Below, one piece after another: positions 1 through 11,545 of a stretch of DNA of 64,000 nt. A model generated the notes under the pieces. The model saw nothing but the letters and a program-made list of their open reading frames with translations, did no database searches and was not told the DNA's origin. The stretch lies in contig NC_092382.1 in NCBI RefSeq assembly GCF_030028105.1, positions 100,394,699 through 100,458,698 of the forward strand. The letters run 5' to 3'. The first letter of the stretch is position 1; every line of letters starts with the position of its first letter. The stretch is from Mobula birostris (taxonomy: Eukaryota). Made by a program: the position numbers and the translations under genes.

Positions 1-185
1 CGGGAGTGTGTGTGGGCCATGCATTCAAAGCTCAAANNNNNNNNNNNNNNNNNNNNNNNNNNNNNNNNNNNNNNNNNNNNNNNNNNNNNNNNNNNNNNNN
101 NNNNNNNNNNNNNNNNNNNNNNNNNNNNNNNNNNNNNNNNNNNNNNNNNNNNNNNNNNNNNNNNNNNNNNNNNNNNNNNNNNNNN

Positions 186-1290
186 ATGGGCGATTCCGTG
201 GAAACGGAAAGAAAAAACAAGGATGTTAGTTTGCCTCCCTCTTGCCAGGGCTTGTGATGTTTCTGAGCGCGTCCACAATAGCCTGAAATGGCAGGGTGAG
301 CAGCCAGAGGTCGTGGTATATATTGGCACCAACGACAAACGTAGAAAACGGGTGGAATTCCTGAAAGCATAATCCAGGGAGTGAGGAAGGAAGCTGAGAA
401 GCAGGTCCTCAAAGATAGCAATCTTGGGATTGCTGGCTGTGCCACGCGACAGTGAGTATAGGAACAGAATGAGGTGGAGGATAAATGCATGGCTGAGGGA
501 TTGGAGCAGGGAACAGGGATTCAGATTTCTGGATCATTGAGACCTCTTTTGGGGCAGGTGTGACCTGTACAAAAAGGAAGCCTTGCACTTGAAACGGAGG
601 GGGACTAATGACCTGGCGGGAAGGTTTGCTAATGCTTTTGGGGAGAGTTTAAACTATACTTGCAGCGGGTGGGAACTGAACTGAAGATGCAGTGGGTAGA
701 GCGGTTGGCGTACAAGTAGAGGCAGCTTGGACGGAGTTTGTGAGTAAGGATAGGCAAATTGTAGAGCAAAGGTACTCTCAGCCAGATGGTTTGCGATGTG
801 TCTATTTTAATGCAAGGAGTATCATAAACAAGATGGTTGAACTTAGAGCGTGGATCAATACATGGAACTAGGACTTTGTGGCCATTACAGAGACTTGGAT
901 TTCTCAGGGGCAGGAAAGGCTGCTGAGTACGCCGGGTTTTAGCTGTTTTAAAAAGGACAGGGAGGGAGGAAAACGAGATGCGGGGAGTGGCATTGCAAAC
1001 CAGAGATAGTGTCACGGCTGCAGAAAAAGAGGTGGTCTTGGAAGGATTGTCTACGGAGTCTCTGTGGGTGGATGTTAGAAACAGGAAGGGGTTAATAACT
1101 CTACTGGGTGTTTTTATAGACCCCCATTAGTAACAGGCGCGTCGAGGAGCAGATAGCGAGGCAGATTCTGGAGCCGTGCAATAATAATAGGGTTGCTGTG
1201 ATGGGTGATTTTAACATTCCTAATATTGAATGGCATCTCCTTAGAGCAAGGGGTTTAGATGGGATAGAGTTTGTTCGGGGTGTCCAGGAG
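186..1290 (+). mobile_element. Decayed CR1-like LINE: ORF1 esterase (GDS...VCLP...GTND) and start of the ORF2 endonuclease
   Basis: MGDS, VVVYIGTND motifs; FNARSI...AITETW endonuclease motifs; multiple stops. Confidence 0.75.
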
Positions 1291-1399
1291 GGGAAATAAC
1301 CCTGGTCAGTTGTCAGATTTCTTGATGGGAGACCATTTTGTACGCAGTGATCACAACTCTATCTCTATCATCATAGCGCTGGAGAGGGTTCGGAGCCGA

Positions 1400-4300
1400 C
1401 AATTTGGGTAAGGGAATGCTATTAGACCATAAGACCATTAGACATAGGAGCCGAATTAGGCTATTTGGCCCATCGACTCTGTTCCGCCATTCTATCATGG
1501 CTGATCCTTTTTTTTTCCCATCTCCTCCTCCACCTCAGTTCCCGGCCTCCTCCCTGTAACCTTTGATGCTGTGTCGAATCAAGAACCTATCAATCTCTGC
1601 CTTAAATACACCCAACGACCCGGCCTCCACAGCTGCATGTGGCAACAATTCCCACAAACTCACCACCCTTTGGCTAAAGAAACTCCTCCGCATCTCTTTG
1701 AAAGGGCGCCCCTCACTCCTGAGGCTGTGCCCTCTTGTCCTAGACTCCCCCACCACGGGAAACATCCTTTACACATCTACTCTGTCTTTCAACATTCGAA
1801 ATGTTTCAATGAGATCCCCCCTCACCCCCCCATCCCTCTGAATTCCCAGAGCCATCAAACATTTCTTTGATTCCTGGAATCCTCCTTGTGAACCTCCTCT
1901 GGGCCCTGTCCAACGCCAGCACATCTTTTCTAAGATGAGGAGCCCAAACCTGTTCACAATGCTCAAGGTGAGGCCTCACCAGTGCCTCATATATCCTGAG
2001 CATCGGATGCTTGCTTTTGTATGCTAGGCCTCTTGAAATGAATGCTACATGGCATTTGCTTAACTCACCACCGACCCAACCTGCAAGTTAAACTTCCGGA
2101 TGTTCCGAGAGGTAATACTGCAGCTATATAGGACCCTGGTCAACCCCCACTTGGAGTACTGTGCTCAGTTCTGGTCGCCTCACTACAGGTAGGACGTGGA
2201 ACCCATAGAGAGGGTGCAGAGGAGTTTTACAAGGATGTTGCCTGGATTGGGGAGCATGCCTTATGAGAATAGGTTGAGTGAACTCGGCCTTTTCTCCCTG
2301 GAGCGACGGAGAATGAGAGGTGACCTGATAGAGGTGTATACGATGATGAGAGGCATTGATCGTGTGGATAGTCAGAGGCTTTTTCCCCAGGGCTGATTTG
2401 GCTGCCACAGGAGGATGCAGTTTTAAGGTGCTGGGCAGCAGGTACAGAGGAGATGTCAGGGGTAGATTTTTAAAGCAGAGAGTCGTGAGTGCGTGGAATG
2501 GGCTGCCGGCGACGGTGGTGGAGGCGGATACGATAGGGTCTTTTAAGAGACTCCTGGATGGCGACATGCAGCTTAGGAAAGTAGGTAAAGCCAATGTTGT
2601 TCTAAGGTAAGGACATGTTCGGCACAGCTTTGTGGGCCGAAAGGCCTGTATTGTGCTGTAGGTTTTCTACGTTTCTATTTCGTTGGAGACGATCCTGACA
2701 GGCAGGATTTCTGAGCATCTGAAGAGACATAATCTGATTAGTGATAGTCAGCATGGCTTTGTCAAGGGCAGGTCGTGCCTTATGAGCCTGATTGAATTCT
2801 TTGAGGATGTAACAAAACACATTGATGAAGGTAGGGCAGTGGATGTAGTGTATATGCATTTCAGTAAGGCATTTGATAAGGTTCCTCGTGCAAAGCTCAT
2901 TCAGAATGTATGGAGGAGAAGAGATCCAAGGAGACCTTGCTTTGGGGATTCAGAATTGGCCAGCCCAAAGAAGGCAGACTGGTTGTAGATGGGTCATATT
3001 CTGCATAGAGGACAGTGACGAGTGGTGATCTGCAGGGATCCGTTCCGCCTCTTTGTGATTTTTATAAATGACCTGGATGAGGAAGTGGAGGGATGGGTTA
3101 GTAAGTCTGCTGATAACATCAAAGTTGGGGGTGTTGTGGATAGTCTGGAGGGCTGTCAGAGGTTACAGCGGGACATCGATAGGATGCAAAACTGGGCTGA
3201 GAAGTGGCAGATAGAGTCCAACCCAGAGAAGTGTGAGGTGGTTCATTTTGGTTGCTCAAATTTTAAGACATAATATAGCATTAATAGTACGACTCTTGGC
3301 AGTGTGGAAGATGAGAGTGATCTTGAGGTCTGTGTCCATAGGACACTCAAAGCTGCTGCGCAGGTTAACAGTGTTATTACGAAGGCTCATGGTGTGGTGG
3401 AATTTACCAACGGTGGAACTGAGTTTAAGAGCCGAGAGGTAATGTTACAGTTATATAAGACCCTGGTCAGGCCCCACTTGGAGTACTGTGTTCAGTTCTG
3501 GTCACCTCACCACAGGAAGGATGTGGATACTATAGACAGAGCGCAGAGGAGATTTGCAAGGATGCTGCTTCGTTTAGTGAGCATACCTTATGAGAATAGG
3601 TTGAGGGATCTTGGCCTTTTCTCCTTGGAGCGACAGAGGATGAGAGGTGACCTGAAAGAGGTGAATAAGATTATGAGAGGAGTTGATCGTGTGGATAGCC
3701 AGAGGAAGGTGTTATGGTCTTATGTCTTATGATAGTGTGGACGGCAGTCAGAGGTTACAGCTGGACATCAGTAGGATGCAAAACTGGGCTGAGAAGTGGC
3801 AGATGGAGCTCAACCCAGATAAGAGTGAGATGGTGCATTTTGGTACGTCAAATATGATGGCAGAATATAGTATTAATGGTAAGACTCTTGGCAGTGTGGA
3901 AGATCAGAGGGATCTTGGGGTCCGAGTCCATAGGACACTCAAAGCTGCTGCGCAGGTTGACTGCGGGGTTAAGAAGGCGTACGGGGCATTAGCCCTCATC
4001 AACCGTGGGACTAAGTTTAAGAGCCGAGAGGTAATGTTACATCTTTATGGGACCCTGGTCAGACCCCACTTGGAGTACTGTGCTCGTTTCTGGTCATCTC
4101 ACTACAGGAAGGACGTGGAAACCATAGAAAGGGTGCAGAGGAGATTTACAAGGATGTTGCCTGGATTGGGGAGCATGCCTTATGAGAATAGGTTGAGTGA
4201 ACTCGGCCTTTTCTCCTTGGAGCGACGGAGGACGAGAGGTGACCTGATAGAGGTGTACAAGATGATGAGCGGCATTGATCGTGTGGATAGTCAGAGGCTT

Positions 4301-4590
4301 TTTTCCCCCCAGGGCTGAAATGGCTGAACCGAAGGGATGCAGTTTTAGGGTGCTTGGAAGCAGGTACAGAGGAGGATGTCGGGGCACATTTTTCACACAA
4401 AGAGCGGTGGGTGCGTGGAATGGGCTGCCGGCTGCGGCGGTGGAGTCGGATACAATAGGGTCTTTTGAAAGACTCTCGGATAGGTACATGAAGCTTCGAA
4501 AAATTGAGGGTTTTGCGGCAGGGAAATTCGAGGCAGTTTCTAGAATAGGTTACTTGGTCGACAGAACATTGTTGCTGAAGGGCTTTTAAT
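1400..4590. mobile_element. Cluster of CR1-like RT/3' fragments (minus ~1400-2100, plus 2100-4590)
   Basis: [47 protein letters not shown] motifs. Confidence 0.88.
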
Positions 4591-5049
4591 GTGCTGCAGA
4601 TTTCTTTGTTCTCTTTTCTATCTCTCTCTCTCTTGCTCTCTCTCTCCCTCTCTCTCTCTCACTCTCTCTATCCATATCTCTCCCTCTCCCTGTTTGTTTC
4701 CTTCCCTCTATCCAGTTGCATACTTGTATTTCCCTATTCCTTCTTTCATCAACTATCTACGTTTTTTTTTCCTTTGTTGAAATTGTACGTCTTTGCCCTG
4801 TTTTGTTGCTGCAAATTTACCATTTAAAAAAAAAAAATCAGAACTTCGGGTTACCCGATTCCATTCCTGCAGGTACTTCATTGCCCCCTGCCGGAGAGAT
4901 GGGGATGCGCATCGGTTCCTGAACATTTTCTCCGCGCGTTTGCGCGTTTCCTTTATTTTTCCCTCTTCTGGGGAGGAACTGCAAGGCCTCCCGCCGTGCC
5001 GACGCCCGACGCCCGCCGGTCCGGGGAGTTCCCCTCGCTGTCCCTCCGA

Positions 5050-5115
5050 CTGACTCGCCCGGAAGGGGGTGGAGCAGAGGCGCAGTGACGCGCACCTTCC
5101 CGGCGTCACGTGGGC
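5050..5115 (+). promoter_or_regulatory. CpG-rich V promoter
   Basis: CRE-like AGTGACG (5084-5090) and CGTCA (5104-5108), E-box CACGTG, ETS-like CCGGAAG, about 90-150 bp before the ATG; CRE decamers are a known feature of TCR V-beta promoters. Confidence 0.6.
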
Positions 5116-5200
5116 GCGCCCCGCCCGACCCGTCGCCGCTCCTCGCCCGGAGCGCTGCCCGCCCGCGGCACGGCGGAGGGAGGCAGACGCGCCTTCAAAG

Positions 5201-5243
5201 ATGGCGTGGCTGTTGTTCGTCGCCGCGCTCTCGCTGAGTCTCG
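5201..5243 (+). CDS. TRBV: TCR beta V leader exon (MAWLLFVAALSLSL-G, phase 1)
   Basis: ATG at 5201, hydrophobic signal peptide, 43 nt exon ending at GTAGGT donor 5244, as expected for an Ig/TCR V leader. Confidence 0.92.
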
Positions 5244-5495
5244 GTAGGTGTCCTCTCCGGTCTGAGGCTGATCCTGCAGCTCGGTCGCTCCCGTCCACTG
5301 ACAGACAGAGGAGAGGAAAAGATGAAGATAGACAGAGTGGTAGAGGGAGAGGAAGAGGCGACGAGGGGATCTGATTGATAAACAGTAAGATGGATAGATA
5401 AGTAGACACATAGATAGATAGATCTGTCTGTCTCTCCCGTACCCAAGTCATTGCATATTTTAATCGACCAGTCTCCCTTTCACTCTTCTTTCCAG

Positions 5496-5804
5496 AGGCG
5501 TCCCAGGCGAGTGAGATCTCTCAGCAGCCCGTTTCGCTCAGCGTCAGCGAGGGCAAAGCGGCCGCGATTGCCTGTCTCCAGCAGGGGACGGTCCGGAGCT
5601 ACGTGCTTTGGTACCGACAGTCGCCCGCCGACGGTTTCGCGCTGATCGGATCTGTCTACCGGAACAGCGAGCCCCAGTACGAGGAGGGTTTCCGGAGCGG
5701 GTTCGCCATCACCTCCGCGAAGGAGAATAAAGAGTCCTCCCTGGAGATCGAGAGCGTTGGCGAGAAGGACGCGGCGATGTACTTCTGCGCTGCCAAAGAT
5801 GCGG
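5496..5804 (+). CDS. TRBV: TCR beta V exon, open frame: (E)ASQASEISQQPVSLSVSEGKAAAIACLQQGTVRSYVLWYRQSPADGFALIGSVYRNSEPQYEEGFRSGFAITSAKENKESSLEIESVGEKDAAMYFCAAKDA
   Basis: Polypyrimidine tract plus AG at 5494-5495, in phase with the leader; V-set hallmarks (first Cys, WYRQ, D-x-A-x-Y-F-C); followed directly by a 23-RSS. Beta class inferred from the linked D/J segments. Confidence 0.92.
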
Positions 5805-5843
5805 CACGGCGCTGCGGAACGAATCATTGCCTAAGCAAAAACC
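5805..5843 (+). promoter_or_regulatory. V 23-RSS
   Basis: Heptamer CACGGCG 5805-5811, 23-nt spacer 5812-5834, nonamer GCAAAACCC 5835-5843. Confidence 0.9.
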
Positions 5844-5924
5844 CTCACAGAACATGAAAGCGCGAACGCAACCGGTTCTGTATCAGGGTGGCGAGTACCC
5901 TTGATATTGCACTGAATATCGGAC

Positions 5925-6700
5925 CCACCGTGCACAGTTCCCGTCTCCGTATCCCCCCCTGGGTCAGACCCACAGACACCGGGAGCACCTTGCACAGTTC
6001 CTGTCTCTGTATCCCCCCTGGGTCAGACCCACAGACACCGGGAGAACCTTGCACAGTTCCTGTCTCCGTATCCCACCTGGGTCAGACCAACACGCACCGG
6101 GAGCACCGTGCACAGTTCCTGTCTCCGTATCCCCCCTGGGTCAGACCCCCACACACCGGGAGCACCGTGCACAGTTCCCGTCTCCGTATGCCCCCCCCCC
6201 TCACCCCGGTCAGACCCACACAGACCGGGAGCACCGTGCACAGTTCCTGTCTCTGTATCCCCCCTGGGTCAGACCCACAGACACCGGGAGCACCTTGCAC
6301 AGTTCCTGTCTCTGTATCCCCCCTGGGTCAGAGCCACAGACACCGGGAGCACCGTACACAGTTCCTGTCTCTGTATCCCCCCTGGGTCAGACCCACAGAC
6401 ACTGGGAGCACCGTGCACAGTTCCTGTCTCTGTATCCCCCCTGGGTCAGACCCACAGACACCGGGAGCACCGTGCACAGTTCCTGTCTCTGTATCCCCCC
6501 TGGGTCAGACCCACAGACACCGGGAGAACCTTGCACAGTTCCTGTCTCCGTATCCCCCCTGGGTCAGACCCCCACACACCGGGAGCACTGTGCACAGTTC
6601 CCGTCTCCGTATCCCCCCTGGATCAGACCCCCACACACCGGGAGCACCGTGCACAGTTCCCGTCTCCGTATGCCCCCCCCACCCCGGTCAGACCCACACA
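5925..6700 (+). repeat. 59-bp minisatellite, ~13 units, derived from the CR1 [15 protein letters not shown] region
   Basis: Unit CCGGGAGCACCGTGCACAGTTCCTGTCTCTGTATCCCCCCTGGGTCAGACCCACAGACA resembles CR1 GGTCAGACCCCACTTGGAGTACTGTGCTCAGTTCTGG. Confidence 0.9.
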
Positions 6701-6737
6701 TCCTGAGCTTCGGAGCCCCGTGACACAACCAGTCAGA

Positions 6738-7181
6738 ATGCTTTGTTTTCTTCCCAATTGCCTTCCTGTTTTTACTTCCCTCTGCACCTTTCACTGCCTC
6801 CCCTCACCTGCTACTCGTCACCCCAGTCCCGCTCCTACCAAACCCCACCTTCCCCTCCTCCCTCCCACCCCCACGACCACACAGCTTTCGGTCTCGAAAA
6901 TCCTGATCCAGCACAACGTTTCCGAAGTCGATTGTCCGCAGCACAGCGTCCGCCTGCATTTTGCGTCCAGGTCTGGACGGTCCACTCCGCTGCCCCCGGG
7001 AAGGGGGCTGGCTTTGATCCGGTGGTGGCGGGCAACACGCGGGGGATCGGTTGGCTGAGCGCGGAAGGACATAGGACGTCGACGCTCAAGCGCCGTAAGC
7101 CGATAACCAGCGACGCGGACATATGTATCACTGCGCTTCTAGCCACGTGACGCCTGCCTAATGGCTTGCAATGAAAAACTA
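6738..7181 (+). pseudogene. TRBV: Decayed TCR beta V pseudogene
   Basis: Frameshifted leader-like ATGCTTTGTTTTCTT... at 6738; AG at 6883-6884; VSKILIQ...SVRLH and LPPGRGLALI fragments; DAD/MYHCASS (ATG TAT CAC TGC GCT TCT AGC) ending 7143; broken RSS CAC-GTG, ~22-23 nt, GAAAAACT. Confidence 0.65.
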
Positions 7182-7799
7182 TCCCGCTTTATTCGCTCGA
7201 GTAGAGGAGGAAGGCTGAAAGAGATTAGGGAGAGAGGGCGGCGAGACTCGAGGGAAAGAGAGCAGGGAAGAAGGGAAGGAACTGGAGGAAGAGAGAGTGG
7301 GACAGAAGGAAGGAAGAAAGAAGAGATGCACTGAAGGCAATGCAGAACGGAGAAGAGAGGACGGAGTGGGAAAGGGGGAGGCAGGTGAGCGGGGATGCTA
7401 TCGGTGAAAGAGGTAGAGATGAGCGGTGCGGATAGATAAGGGAGAGAGAGTGGAGAGAGTTGAGGCAAGGAGAAGGGAGAGGGGGCAAGGTTAGAGCGAG
7501 AGGGGATAGAAGCAGAAAGAGATGGGGAGGAAGAAGATAAATGGGGAGAAGAAGGGAAGAAGAGTGGAGAGAGATGATACCGAGAGGTGTGAAGAGAAGG
7601 CGAGGGAAGATAGGACAGAGAGGAGGAACGAGAGGGAAGGGGAGGAGTGGGAGATGGTGTTGCTGAAAGTTGAAAGGTGAGGAAAAGTACGAGAGAGAAA
7701 AGAGAGTGGCGACGGAAGAGCGGAGAATCGGAGAGGTAGAAGTAGTAAGAGATGAAAGAACTGGCGAGAGATAGAGGAAGCGAGGAAGATGATTTCCTC

Positions 7800-8790
7800 A
7801 CCACCTATCATGAAAAACATATTATCACAAAGAAGTAAAGCTCTATAAAACCCTGGTTGGACTACACTTGGAACACTGTTCACTTCTGGTCGCCTCATTA
7901 TTTGAAGGATTTGGATGCTTTAGAGAGGTTACAGAGCGGATTTCCTAGGATGCTGCCTGGATTAGAGTGGGTACAGATGAGATTCACCAGGATGTTGCCT
8001 GGATTAGAGGGGGTGCAGAGGAGATTCACCAGGATGCTGCCCGGATTAGAGAGGGTGCATGGAAGATTCACCGGGATGCTGCCTGGATCAGAGAGAGTGC
8101 AGAGGAGATTCGCCAGGATGTTGCTCGGATTAGAGAGGATGCAAAGAAGATTCACCAGGATGCTGCCTGGATTAGAGAGGGTGCAGAGGAGATTCACCAG
8201 GATGCTGCCTGGATTAGAGAGGGTGCAGAGGAGATTCACTGGGATGTTGCCTGGATTAGAGAGGGTGCAGAGGAGATTCACCGGGATGCTGCCAGGATTA
8301 GAGAGAGTACAGAGGAGATTCACCAAGATGCTGCCAGGATTAGAGAGGGTGGAGAGGAGATTCACCAGGATACTGCCTGGATTAGAGAGGGTGCAGAGGA
8401 GATTCACCAGGATGCTGCCAGGATTAGAGAGAGTACAGAGGAAATTCACCGGGGTGCTGCCTGGATTAGAGAGGGTGCAAAGAGGGGATTCACCAGGATG
8501 CTGCCTGGATTCGAGAGCATGGCTTGTGAGAAGAGTTTGGACCCTCTAGCGTATTTTTTTCCATTTGGAGAGAAGATTACTTAAATTAAAGTGTGAAAAA
8601 TCAAGGGTATAGATTGGTGAGTCCTCTTTCCAGTGAGCGAAAGGCTAGTACGTTGGTACATGGTTTTAAGGTGATCGGAGGAATTTATAGGGGGATGTCA
8701 GCGGCAGTTTTTTTACACTGGGAGTGATGGGTGCTTTGAACACCCTGCCAGGGGTGGCGCTAGAGACAGATATATTACAGGCATTTAGAT
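7800..8790 (+). mobile_element. CR1-like LINE fragment containing a 42-bp tandem array (14 units, ~7920-8510)
   Basis: In-frame [14 protein letters not shown] repeats embedded in register between LYKTLV... and the CR1 3' region. Confidence 0.9.
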
Positions 8791-9269
8791 CGGCACGTTG
8801 ATAATAGAACAATGAAGGGTTATGTTGAAGAATGGGACAGAATGATCTTGCAGTAGGTTAAAAGTCGGCACGATATCGGTCGCTTTTCTTCTCGAACAAG
8901 AGGTCCTGATCAATAGTTTTGTTACCGCGGGGTAGAAGCTTTCGTAGAGGCTGGCGGGACGCTCTCTCAGGCTTTTGTAACTTCTGCCTGATGGGGGCAG
9001 GCAAGTTCCTTTTCTTAACGCGGAGAGCGGTAGGTGCCCAGAATGGGCCACCAGGGGGAGTGCCAGAAACAGGGAGCCGGGCGGAGTGGTTTTTACAGAG
9101 ATACGTGAACGGGACAGGGTGGGGACAATGCACAGCAGGAGGAGAGGTAGTATAAGTCGGCATCAAGGTCAGCGCAAATGGTGTTTTGAATGATCTCTGG
9201 CACTGCACTGCTCTATGTTTTATATCCACCGTGGAATGTGAAGCTCTCAAGACCCTCCGCCTGAGCACT

Positions 9270-10130
9270 AATGAACACGCATAAAATAGGCTGGTGAACG
9301 CAGCAGGCCAGGCAGCATCTCTAGGAAGAGGTAGAGTCGACGTTTCGGGACGAAGCCCTTCGTCAGGACCAACTGAAAGAAGAGATGGTGAGAGATTTTG
9401 AAAGGTGTGGGGGGGGGGAGAGATGGAGATCCGAAATGATAGGAGAAGACGGGAGGGGGAGGGATGGAGCTGAGAGCTGGAAAGTTGATTGGCAAAAGGG
9501 ATACGAGGCTGGAGAAGGGAGAGGATATTGGGACGGGAGGCCGAGGGAGAAAGAAAGGGGGAGGGGCAAGGAATTATAGTGAGAGGAACAGAGGGAGAAA
9601 AAAGAGAGAAATAAATAAATAAGGGATGGGATACGAAGGGGGGGTGGGGCATTAACGGAAGTTAGAGAAGTCAATGTTCAATCATCCCTTCGTACCCCAT
9701 CTCTTATTAATTTAGTTATCTATTTATTTGTTATATTTTTTCCCTCTTTTTTTCTCCCTCTGTTCCGCTCACTATAACTCCTTGTCCGCTGTCCATCCTC
9801 TGGACTCCCCTCCCCCTTTCTTTCTCCATAGGCCTCCCGTCCTATGATCTTCTCCCTTCTCCAGCCTCGTATCCCTTTTGCCAATCACCTGTCCAGCTCT
9901 TGGCTCCATTCCTCCCCCTCCTGTCTTCTCCTATCATTCTGGATCTCCCCCTCCCCCTCCAACTTTCAAATCTGTTACTCTCTTCCTTCAGTTAGTCCTG
10001 ACGAAGGGTGTCGACCCGAAAAGTCGACTGTACCTCGTCCTAGAGATGCTGCCTGGCCTGCTGCGTTCGCCAGCAACTTTTATGTGTGTGGACTGAATTT
10101 CCAGCATCCGCAGATTTCCTCGTGTTTGAG
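9270..10130. mobile_element. Inverted pair of Penelope-like element terminal repeats
   Basis: ~9290-9645 and ~9685-10060 are reverse complements; each carries the CTGACGAAGGG...CCCGAAA-GTCGACT...AGATGCTGCCTGGCCTGCTGCG signature. Confidence 0.75.
9334..9370 (-). ncRNA. Minimal type I hammerhead ribozyme motif (Penelope-associated)
   Basis: Minus strand GGTC CTGACGA A GGG-CTTCGT-CCC GAAA CGTC GACTC: CUGANGA core, stem II, GAAA, GUC cleavage triplet, stem I pairing. Confidence 0.65.
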
Positions 10131-10480
10131 CACTAATTACACCGTTCTCCACCTCCTGCTTAAAATGTTCCTCCTCCGCTGATTTCTGTTCACCTCCTGA
10201 CTACCCAGTCCATTCTCGACATGTTTCCCCTAAATAACCCAGCTTATTAAAAATTCCTCCGACCATTCCACCTGCCCGTCACGCACGGACTCCTCCCATT
10301 GAATGCCCACCACCGCCCACCTCCCCATTCCCCCCGCCCCCCAAGACTCCCAGCCGTTCATATCTGTCCTTACTTCGCCCACTTGGAACCCATGGTCTAG
10401 CTAAGGGGCCTCCACTCGACCGTACGTGTCCAGGCACGGCGTCAGTAAGGCCGGTTTGATCTGTATCCAGCTCAGCAGAA

Positions 10481-10724
10481 GACACTGCCGTCAGCGATTG
10501 CGCCCCCTACCGATTCCGAGCTGCAGAAACAAGCCTGGCGAGCAGCAGTGGCCACTGAAGGACCAACCAGCGCCCTCGGTGTGCAGGAAGCAAGCAGGAC
10601 CGCCAGCGGACACTGACGTCACTGAGAGCGCCCCCTAACGAAGCCCTGCTGCAGTGCAACGACACGATCATAAAACCACAGTGGCGGCCAACAGTCGAGA
10701 AGTAACAGCGCCGCCCAGTGGGAA
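10481..10724 (-). promoter_or_regulatory. Cluster of CTCF-like motifs plus CRE
   Basis: GCGCCCCCTACCGA, GCGCCCCCTAACGA, GCGCCGCCCAGTGG and weaker GCGCCCTCGGTG, all on the minus strand; TGACGTCA at 10614-10621; judged by eye against CCASYAGRKGGCRS. Confidence 0.5.
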
Positions 10725-10910
10725 GAAGGTGCGGCAACAGGGTCACTGAGTAACCCCCCCACCCCCTACAGATGCTGATCGATCCGCTGAGCTCCTTCAG
10801 CAGTTTGCGTGATTTATTCAGAGGCCAAACCCTGCAGTCGCGCGTATCTCCAGATCGAGGCGTGAAGCGTGAACGCCGACCCCGGGCGTGTGCTTCTGGC
10901 CAGCCGGAAC

Positions 10911-11370
10911 ACGGAGACAGGAACTGTGCACGGTGCTCCCGGTGTGTGTGGGTCTGACCTGGGAGGATACGGAGATGGGAACTGTGCACGGTGCTCCCGG
11001 CGTGTGTGGGTCTGACCCGGGGTGGATACGGAGACGGGAACTGTGCACGGCGCTACTGGTTTGTGGGCCTGACCTAGGGAGATACGGAGACGGGAACTGT
11101 GAACGGTGCTTCCGGTGTGTGTGGGTCTGACCCAGGGGAGATACGGAGACGGGAACCGTGAACGGTGCTTCCCTGTGTGTGGGTCTGACCTAGGGGGGAT
11201 ACGGAGACAGGAACTGTGCACGGTGCTCCCGGTGTGTGTGGGTCTGACCCAGGAGAATACGGCGGCGTCAGAGTGCACGGTGCTTCCGGAGTGTTGGTCT
11301 GACCCAGGGAAATGCAGGGGGAAACGGTGCACGGTGCTCCTGGCGTATGGGCCTGACGCAGGGGGATAGG
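10911..11370 (-). repeat. Second, inverted and more diverged array of the 59-bp minisatellite (~8 units)
   Basis: GGAGACAGGAACTGTGCACGGTGCTCCCGGTGTGTGTGGGTCTGACC repeats are the reverse complement of the 5925-6700 unit. Confidence 0.85.
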
Positions 11371-11545
11371 GAGAGGGCTGCTGTGCGCGATGCTCGCTGT
11401 GTTTGGCTGACAGGGACCATACAGCAATCAGAACAATGCAGCCTGATCTAACTTAGTTTCAGTTCATTCTATTCACAGTTCCACAGACCTTCATTGCCTT
11501 ATGATTAGTTAAAAAGAGATTCAAACTGTGCTTCGCGACTCGGGT

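Noticed and set aside
5888-7058. Long repetitive ORFs in three frames (272, 224, 316 aa)
   Set aside because: They come from the stop-free 59-bp minisatellite.
7857-8584. Repeat-protein-like ORFs ([14 protein letters not shown] or AAWIREGAEEIHQD repeats)
   Set aside because: Tandem amplification of a CR1 RT fragment, not a host gene.
9046-9062. CTCF-like CCACCAGGGGGAG (and CCAGGGGTGGCGC at ~8748)
   Set aside because: Both lie inside decayed CR1 3' sequence, so a chance match is likely.
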